Source: Candidatus Lindowbacteria bacterium RIFCSPLOWO2_12_FULL_62_27
GTDB lineage: Bacteria > Lindowbacteria > 2-12-FULL-62-27
DNA length: 64,000 nucleotides
Direction: 5' to 3'
Assembly (NCBI GenBank): GCA_001784175.1
Contig: MFPR01000002.1
Location: 1 to 64,000, forward strand
The position numbers and the translations under genes are program-made. The notes below the pieces were generated by a model that made no database searches, was not told where the DNA came from, and was given only the letters and a program-made list of their open reading frames with translations. Below, in pieces: positions 61,801 to 64,000 of the stretch; the first letter of the stretch is position 1; each line of letters starts with the position of its first letter.

Positions 61801-64000
61801 TAGGTCCCGTCGGACACCACAGTGTCGCCGTCGCGGGTTCCGGACCAGGTGAAGGAGTAGGTGCCGGTCGCGCTGGGCTTGTTGATCTGCGTGTCCTGCC
61901 GGATGGTGCGGACGGTGCTGTCGGTCGAATCGAGGACCTGGAGGGTGAGGAGGGCGTCCTTGGTGATCTCGAAGGAGATGATGGTTTCGTCCCTGTTGAA
62001 ATCGCCGTTGGGGCTGATCTGTGCGTTGGTGAGCGCGAAGTTTTTGATCTGGAGCGTGGCGCTCTGGGCTTTGAGTTCGCCGGTCTTCAGAGAGAGGTTC
62101 CCGGACAGGTCCTGCACGGTGACTTTGACGTCGTAAATCCCGTCCGGGATGCCGCTCGGGCCGGCGGTTGAGATGTAATTGCCGGTGCCGTTGAAGACGG
62201 GCTGGAACGAGAGGTCGGACTGTTTGGCCCCGTCCTTCTTGAACAATTCCACCCGCATGTTGCCACCGGGCCGTGTGCGGAGTTCGAAATCGGTGTTGAT
62301 CACCCGTCCGCTGGCGCTGAGCCGGAGGACGCCGGTGACGCCGGTGATGGTGGCGAATTCGGTATTGACGTCCGCCACCGTATTGACCTGACTGCCCTCT
62401 TTGATCGTGACGACCTCGGACTGGATCGTCTGGCCTTTGGCATTTGTCCCGAGGACCTGGAGATCAACGCTGGCGTTGATCAGTTGCGTGGTCACGACGA
62501 TCTGGAGTTTGGTCGGCGTGGTCGGGTTGACGGGTCCGGCGGTGGGCGTGAGGGCAAACCCGGACGACACGCCGTCGTAGAAGACATTGAAGCGTTCGAG
62601 GAGTTCCGCGGATTCGACATTCGACACGCTGATGCTGATGGTGGCGACGTCGTTCAGGTTGTCGCCGTTGGGCGAGAAGGGGCTGGGCGCGATTCCTGTG
62701 ATGTTGACGATCGGCAGGAGGGTGTCGAGCCGGACCTGGCCGAGTTTCTGGGTGGCGACGTTTGCGGCGGCGTCTCGCACCGAACACCAGACGTCGTAGG
62801 TATTGTCGGCGACGCCGCCGCCCCACGAGAATTTGGCCTGCCCGCCGGTGCGGAACTGGTTGAGGACGACCGTATCGATGGCGTTTTTATCATCGAGGGA
62901 CCCTGCGGCGGTGATCACGACCGTGCAGAAGGCGTCCTCGGAGAGCGTGAAGATGAAGTCGACCGTATCGTTGACGCCGTCGCCGTTGGGCGAGAAGGGG
63001 CTGGGCGCGACGGAGACGTTCGAGATGTTGGGCGCGAGCACATCGGCCGCCGCGGTGTCGTATTTGACGAAAGTGCTGTCTGTCGGGTCCTCGGCATTGT
63101 TGCCGGCGTCGATCCCCTTGGACACGATGAGAACCGTGGTGACGGACTGGACGCTGAATTTGTTCCACTGGATGAAGTAGGTCCAGTTGGTGGTCCCGAC
63201 GGCGGTGTCGTAGACGAAGGTGTCGCCGTAGGGCGCGGTGGTGTCGAATCCGACGAGGACGGTCTTGACCGACGAGGTGGTGTCGAAGGCCGATCCGGAG
63301 ATGGTGACGTCGGTGTTGAAGATCTTGTTGTTGGGCGGATAGGCCATCGTGGTGACGGGTCCGCGCTTGTCGAAATTGAACCGCCGTTCCGTCGTCGAGA
63401 TCAGGCCGGTCAGGTCGCGCGCCGTGACCACGATCCGGTAGTTGCCCTCCTCGGTCACCGCGTCCAGGCTGTCGGACAGCGTCAGTTTCATGACGCTGTC
63501 GCCGATGGTCGTCCGCGCGCCGTCGATCTTGGACGTGCCCTTGTACAGTTCGAGCGTGCTGATGGAGAGGTTGACGCCGGAACTGTCGCGGACGACGACG
63601 CCAAGGGTGACGATGCTGTCGGTGAAGGACTCGTTGTCGTCGATCGTGTCGCCCTGGTCGGCGCGGAACCAGAGGGCGACCCGGGGTTTAAGCGTGTCGA
63701 GGAAGAAGGTCCGCGTGTCGTAGGCGACGTTGCCGGCCTTGTCGGTGGCCGTGACCACAAACCGGTAGGACCGGTCGTAGGCCCCGGTCGTGTCGAACGC
63801 GGCGGCCAGGGTGAAGGTCAGTGTATTGGTGGCGGCGTCGAAGCTGGATGATCCGCCGATGTTGGTGCCGGCGGAATCCGTGAGCAGGACGGAACTCAGG
63901 GTTCCGTCGACCCCCGCGACCTTGTCCGTGCCGAGGGACAGGGCGTCGTCGCCGAGTGTGACGGTGATCTTTGTGAGCGCGCCCGTGAAGGTGTCCTTAC
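43824..64000 (-). CDS. Giant surface protein/adhesin, 5'-partial (>6700 aa): many Ig-like and FlgD-Ig repeats, two vWA domains, Ca-binding motifs, T9SS-like C-terminal domain
   Basis: Frame has no stop from 63998 to 43824 (checked beyond the ORF-track start). Repeated PxPFSPNGDG, WDG/WNG..DGxY and DxAGN motifs; vWA starts DVVFVFDITTGM (~50640) and DVVIVFDATTGM (~47955); C-terminal WTGRKDDGTVVKNGVYLMRLE..IAVVK. Confidence 0.93.
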   Translation of the reverse strand, partial: KDTFTGALTKITVTLGDDALSLGTDKVAGVDGTLSSVLLTDSAGTNIGGSSSFDAATNTLTFTLAAAFDTTGAYDRSYRFVVTATDKAGNVAYDTRTFFLDTLKPRVALWFRADQGDTIDDNESFTDSIVTLGVVVRDSSGVNLSISTLELYKGTSKIDGARTTIGDSVMKLTLSDSLDAVTEEGNYRIVVTARDLTGLISTTERRFNFDKRGPVTTMAYPPNNKIFNTDVTISGSAFDTTSSVKTVLVGFDTTAPYGDTFVYDTAVGTTNWTYFIQWNKFSVQSVTTVLIVSKGIDAGNNAEDPTDSTFVKYDTAAADVLAPNISNVSVAPSPFSPNGDGVNDTVDFIFTLSEDAFCTVVITAAGSLDDKNAIDTVVLNQFRTGGQAKFSWGGGVADNTYDVWCSVRDAAANVATQKLGQVRLDTLLPIVNITGIAPSPFSPNGDNLNDVATISISVSNVESAELLERFNVFYDGVSSGFALTPTAGPVNPTTPTKLQIVVTTQLINASVDLQVLGTNAKGQTIQSEVVTIKEGSQVNTVADVNTEFATITGVTGVLRLSASGRVINTDFELRTRPGGNMRVELFKKDGAKQSDLSFQPVFNGTGNYISTAGPSGIPDGIYDVKVTVQDLSGNLSLKTGELKAQSATLQIKNFALTNAQISPNGDFNRDETIISFEITKDALLTLQVLDSTDSTVRTIRQDTQINKPSATGTYSFTWSGTRDGDTVVSDGTYKIRLSAMDPLLNDVVTADARVTVDQTRPPAPKMTTADDTALKTALVSTVTGVAEVSNTIQLNVNGTLLTTTAKADDVTGLFTFTTVALSEGNNIVYAQAADSVGNISKLTGLSGVSLVGVSETGLAITALGGETGLPRASKALIILRHTNTIDTSFRVVIGGLVNGAVDYDTLTIDTNASSGSIATGSKLFTRFDTIAVARQTDSTPANSVELRAEDQIVFFKVDSVSPNADVRTVYEATSGQQAPINLTAGNVRVLGRITPTKEAAKVKIRVRNPTNTWTALTEADSITVNYGSLGYDTFVATFAATVLTSGGEGKYRVQAVGVDATGNQEVANDGGNQDDLEFIYDQTPPTIGSSSPVHNALQDTGLAAVSIKPADGGSGMDARLTTTTGGITTIQVWEDKNGNGNIDGGDIQIGGTPSVANADSTVTLTFFLPLPGDGTRDDTYLVPIYSRDNAQNILADTVRFILDSTKPFAVAWHLGDTPGSEPPATAKVIAESAVISTFLDTISVELADTSASGYVGGIDTVNSDFSGFFNLSTNQAIATRTTVRAGSQLFVELVDSTPASGAYFISVRARDKNGNLVDIRRNFLFDQDSVSIKVTPDTGARVSSLSAVNVVLADAVSGVSTASGQEPRIRWYYDADGDGVFTAAEVLSSATLNADSSTVNFGRLADGSQDGDYAIVVGAFDKAGNFREDTRIVRYDTVKPTVEAFIITHGKSASVYDSFTSGAGFNDSIVMVGVNLVDTASAAAVKNYNRAADIVGYGTQTTDSTFVELIFRKAGVKLGTFVADTGVDTMARVLTGGSVIDGLAEVGDYDLHYVAIDAAGNRAEDTLSFVFDVDTPYTRIISPITNTQFRAGPIAISGSSTDTTGTVARVYFRVFAPRDTGGIATAAHVNVTTNANGADSLAIGAASWLGTVDFKALSDTIGVWNIEAYAVDNAGNTGSMSDTLYVVYDPRLTDVVGPTVSDIVVEPTPFGDAGADLKYVLSESVETAVLTVTNSAFAFIREDTILVNQTAGQNLIHWNGLDKNGSIVIEDTYLFTLRVYDLSNNVTTGKATGIKDVTPPQVTLAQSATPTPFSPNSTPGEQDQTEFVYSTLLAQSSRVDIISKTTGLTVRTFGPVTGDTTAGKIVWDGKNSSGVFQADGTYQYIITAIDGHGLTARVVGELRIDNTPFTLSDLSVSNATFSPQNQDGLKDNAIVSYKIDGADETATVRFEVFAKRTDTSPIVADAVTLTVFPSTKFFSWDGKASGSFVSQDAENPYFWKLTAVDEKTKEIRTGDGQFNVDNLRPDAPQIVNTDNNALSTLTVTVSGFTAPGGIIHVLLNGVDSSVGTATANAATGEYSIAGVLVPQGNNTFTATSTDTVGNKSLVSGKGGFSLVNVGGYGTAGFVSIDSNVKTLPRVSQAVLVVFDDVDTATLVVVFGRDANGALLVDTLTIDTGTKSGQIVTGAQVFKTFDSVIVAATRDSDAPVKADLRSNDQIVFFRVDTVAPDADVTTAKTTGGNSSPFNATDVAIDIFGRVPQVGGKSDLKQVQWRILRPDSTWTSVTITTDTARNPLSDGQDTWGVRNIPISTFVNGGEGSFRIQGLAVDNAGNVEASGTFGNDDDLVVIFDQSKPSLSTTSPSMVAKSNLGVVDPSTFASKSSLSQIKIRPVDSLSGVDFSLFTEVQGGARIQLFEDLDRDAIIDNNDLVVGGTVTSDSTDLIFTPVISLPANGSKDDTYLIQIDVRDKARNTLSDTRIFILDTTDPYALQTFRNNDPAKTLDASVAFNTSVETITVFLADTSPSGYVGGVDTTNTTVLSLTNLTTGKSLNFTVTKISDSFYIVPADSTPPPGLYELLIFARDKNGNDTTIDRRFVFDDSAPNIKITPDTGKFVNSLAAVTVELSDTPAQIPTAGALLPTFRWYWDDEGDGIDAGDIGAQFNLNPTTSTFGLNRKTDGTQDGYYALVATVYDNAGNFREDTAIVLYDTKKPAVKNYLISHGIAATQYEDTFFGKEVFGDSIVFVGVDLDDTTTSPNGDTSGVTGFSANAVESTFVILRNSAGQSLGTILFDTRTDTIGVKLTGATVIDNAAEVDTYTLIIQAVDRAGNFLYDTVTFVYDRDNPSAIIVNPVNNAQFNASPIAVTGVAADTTSAVGRVFVRVFAPTSPYGAVYSKVNDSLAAGTSSWSYTLNFSDSRFVPGLWKIDAYAVDNAGNTGPTTDSVSFNFDTAVADVVAPVISDIIAAPAPFGNDGLDVRYVLSENVDTALLIILDAAGNLLDTEPHDTGIAQTAGQNLIHWNGLDKNGNIVIEGTYTFEIRVTDRSKNQSTGRATAVKDVTPPAITLIASALPSPFSPGTTPGDDDVTVFSFKTAGADKVRVDMVSKNTGATVKTFGPFTGDTSNAIIAWDGSNQSDGAYRYVITAVDNNGLAREVAGEVIIDNTPFSMTGVSVSFPTISPQRQDGRNDQAFITYKVDGAANTATVIFEVFAKQTDSIPVYRPAPTALAVFPAAKFFSWNGTSDTGSVLTVNAEQTYYWKITAVDELTKEIKTAAGQVLVDNKGPDAPSITEPDIASIQTAHSISGFGEASGLVFPVVAGSQATTGFSATSIGAYSGSIAITVSGTNEVFCIAEDTAGNRSAPDSATFKFNGANLIAQTDSVSTTLPKTLPRATELYVIASNNLSGTVQISILGGTTQETLTVTDSGFLGRKITSSKFSQIDTIMIVAGDSTVSIDFKPNDQFLYIFTDFTPPQTKIDNVAFQNEAAVPAQNSIILNGVSMKIFSDTDIAVSGTVTEYGGGSVAANTIRITRPSGSSAPFAGSTLQNITGSLSNFKYILDRTQVVTSSGIYTVQVFSTDNAGNVETPSDSRQFLFDGTAPTLVDPTPGRNAKITTQVTTISLALQDDFGANMQATKLELFYDVGDTMNAIDTNDVQRSLLNAKIVSGSNITFTLLTPLSSIGSQDGQYIGRVTLTDSAGNTRVDSWTFVYDVTPPQPQTVFLNGDPAITWATASEIKVFGPLSATGTTVTSVTTFLTDTSPSTFIFGTTPPYNGKVDANNSRDRSSVQNSTLASDVGVTRYSSADSFTLRFASPVDTDAENGDYVFNLIAVDQNGNEATYTRKFRYDSKGPFVNSASPDSGSTTRALTFTVNTADSLAGINTNPGVSWVDVVMDMNNNGIYGDAADQRLSPPGQAITGGSQTLTFAAGGRNARAALWFHLEDLSGNKSEDTRTAILFDDTAPRVASVKIRSGGVDGEISTTPYGKSIDRVVVQVTDSYFLVDANRVVASGGDTVLSTVTLKNSAGVVKANGSVHNFGAADTFYIDLAADPIDQISENDTYTLTVALKDNAGNTATLTYAFAFSVELQISDLSPASIDDSSPGIALWALNMIGTSSKTFQAITIEADTNMNSILQPVLIKNGVSIYKDNGVVDGSLDALDQLMTVGGAPAWMPNTPTQGRHAITVALSTPQAVPSSDTGIDAGADFFVVIRTSPNTTPGDSFTLNIPANGVQFSDGPATAADTTDALKGIRILPKLAIIDTTVAGDSMTLDDTRAIFGLNISDLGKGLRLDSIIVTLIPVANFSIQDLYAVELWLDSTSTAAGTDTGVFDRTKDSLLVSLASSVTNVKINASGNYEYKLVLPAAGRALPHDDDDTYAGADFFVVVRTSNSLSIGDQFKVALDAGAVHFDSGASQKSAVSKTIVASKAVDLLPPAISVTFPTAKTIMTNNLTAAAAAIADVVFVFDITTGMQAHIDLFRDSVAAFYQTLINSGLSVNLGLITFKDEKVDSPSLVNFGITSNLSRFQNNVLTLTAKSDPKATPDGVIPAESALEALAAALGLPFQSGSRRFFVLVTDASTHDVSDGDGLSKLKITDVADTIANAGVSVFVISELSLKLDLTPDNEKELLPLANATGGSAFDLYVSKTVTTTTSFGLLGSITTSQTKTVLNLPDALAAIAERISSTVVTEVSRTAKIEGSASDNVAVNRIQYRYAEKANPANYFGPFSLPINLGPTANFAIPVSSFGLADGDYVFAITAGDEKNNESTDTVLFTLDSTKPTTTLQVNDDSGSLRLAGLADATSSPRGIVSGVSSVEVSLDGGVTFQKTIMSGDGKDNDSDGIMDDEAPDSPNMNDDWLNVFGPAAAGDFWADDPIGLAGIFEPGIDEIFLMDVAESVPFVKYTGRNMVLNEGRTRGVQTPTGAVLYPLVDEDIARGSLPDSHARWAYYLNTSGKSVLTVNLRIKDAAGNVTDTAVTVTVKPRISVVPTPMLSGSVPVPSDSLALFGLDISDPSGGGRLQSVKVAFDKSGGFDSMDLAALSNTNASGISIYQDNGLIQGQLDPFDQRLDLGGLPTWDKAETFTISLNNPALLPTGTTISDAGADFFVAIRTSASAKYKESFRAYIPAGGIVLNNGVFPQAAVYTDTVLFEISAKLASVIPSDTAVPSASGYVSVFGLNVRDDTTGPYLKQVTVRIDDLGGFSPSDLHAESGIAIAVDNGAETGLYDAADSILPVTAPITWTGFGGAYRTTLQVRAAGAADSAIPDTDLGPLAGNDFFVLIRTSSTIGRDDAFVVRLEPNDIIFEDATQTLGARLSAASARITSVSDFTPPAVDITFPGDGALLSNIIFPEAIVTNPLDVVIVFDATTGMSNVFGILSSDTISLLQAAKVVANGIIDGMPAKVRAAIVSFSDPTQIKVLQTFTADKDLLKRSINDNVTITGVQSFLPSAINNAVSLIRTNATATNRRILLLSLGRAEDEKPEAMPQATSEAKLSNIVVDAIDLSGSVKNPNLLLATANTGGSITGVKNLVTQQNAVTQFAGLYSTVTADTSIPLTIIRGVTSDNGRIAKLEYAVKAGNAVAPDAGSFQLFASPDTGAAMFSFALSTLNLADGVWTFVVRATDGMGNTAYDTVVFTIDSSKPSSTVQITQDTFGLRIHGVADATIPNGNVTRRTRVTAVRVSIAADGMSDMPAMVAGDGVDNDRDGLLDEEAADSYHINDDYPGAFGGVAGDFWVDDPDGLYAWRYTLGADKVMLAHVADTNPYVYNGANEVRFPGSSKVVATKVGTLIFPLVDEDVADNTANDTYYWAFHYAAAESLPITVRIKIFDSVNNVLTIDTTLIAPLQKQKFVRSTLSSRINTPATGTQVNAAQILINGVAADTDASPNDIVRIRVGVKGPDAGAQFAFYEASGAKAWSRLFTLDTPGVYTFVSEPLDRFGFVGIPSDTVTVTYNPGEADMIPPQISNVRITPNPFSPNNDGIADQATVTFTLNEVATCFFTIKAKDLSLLTIPLGVDTTPLGPNTNGPDNTDSRQYLVGQNSFTFYGKNFPEGDYTFVITAVDSGGNHAIAQNVSFRIDLTPPVISNVTVIPNPINPIGLNDRTNISFKASNLGAAQNVGTIFYEWSSGGNVFIGQGFVSGQGPFAFTGPTDLIIVPVEVVANAITVTITGFDEFGNGINSNAITIPKGTLGGTVFTVGLPFKSVKDAVFRVTDERDDVAAKNTFQLLTKVGNASFTVEDAAGNAVTTLGITPPFKGDGNYSVTWQPSPGTTDGVYKGRIRVIDNAGNLAEYFSSITVDKSELTIANLRVNPETIILGSPSLGMATISYVLSKNAQVTVKVTDPFDTVVRLLTPIPPLTQPAQTNQMTWNMFNDKGETVAPSVNYTITVFAFDPFSNKSAQASVKVNVTAPALILDLSPPITAIQQPLQGTVFGKFDSVTIAGSSFDIGNPRSDSVASVSLSFFRADLGLDIPLQINGGFSNIVTIKPGTSDFTDKYSWRTSVTLGVPAGEVTVKVIAIARDDSNNIELPSSLNTRTFKVDLQNNATITIVSPDPNLGAFKTLSPFIDITARATTGGDLAIVSAQILRNGKVFTSVPVSGEVAIFSRIPLEPATNRDTFVVIAVDAKGNFTQYSNVLTVEKEGATVRLTCPDAGNEPTFNPIHCADDAVQFKVPPGVADAKLRVFGVGGQTMANIQQQGDALTWTGRKDDGTVVKNGVYLMRLEINGKVQIVPIAVVK

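Noticed and set aside
43797-63851. Long plus-strand ORFs opposite the giant gene (e.g. 47433-49976, 51444-53312, 59115-60734)
   Set aside because: Antisense shadows caused by high GC3 codon bias; no recognisable motifs

Overview
A GC-rich chromosomal window from a diderm (outer-membrane-bearing) bacterium, probably of a poorly characterised lineage. Several features look spirochaete-like, and the SRP RNA is of the long Alu-domain type. The housekeeping scaffold is tRNA-Lys, rho, three tRNA-Ser, ffs, dnaX, rpmH-rnpA-yidD-yidC, trpE-trpG-(FecR-domain gene)-trpD-trpC, a short sigma28-driven flagellin, thpR, a zinc-ribbon protein, tRNA-Ile2 and a diguanylate cyclase. Two large cell-surface loci stand out. 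(1) An alginate-export-type porin, a small exported protein and a 1512-aa FecR/Pro-Gly/Ca-binding-repeat protein behind a perfect CRP-type box. (2) A >28-kb tightly packed minus-strand gene run headed by a >6700-aa giant Ig/FlgD/vWA protein (5' end outside the window) with a T9SS-like C-terminal domain. It overlaps a PorV/FadL-like barrel gene, followed by comEA, comEC, GT2, an acyltransferase and an ABC/DUF3299 module. Finer-scale oddities: a REP-like palindrome pair inserted in frame in a protein gene, 7-bp tandem repeats forming signal-peptide h-regions and abutting SD sequences, apparent CTG/ATC start codons at translational-coupling overlaps, a leaderless-looking trpE, an extra hairpin in the SRP Alu domain, and relics next to tRNA genes. 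No CRISPR array, intact integrase, transposase or recognisable defence system was seen. All domain calls are by eye from motifs; no searches were run.
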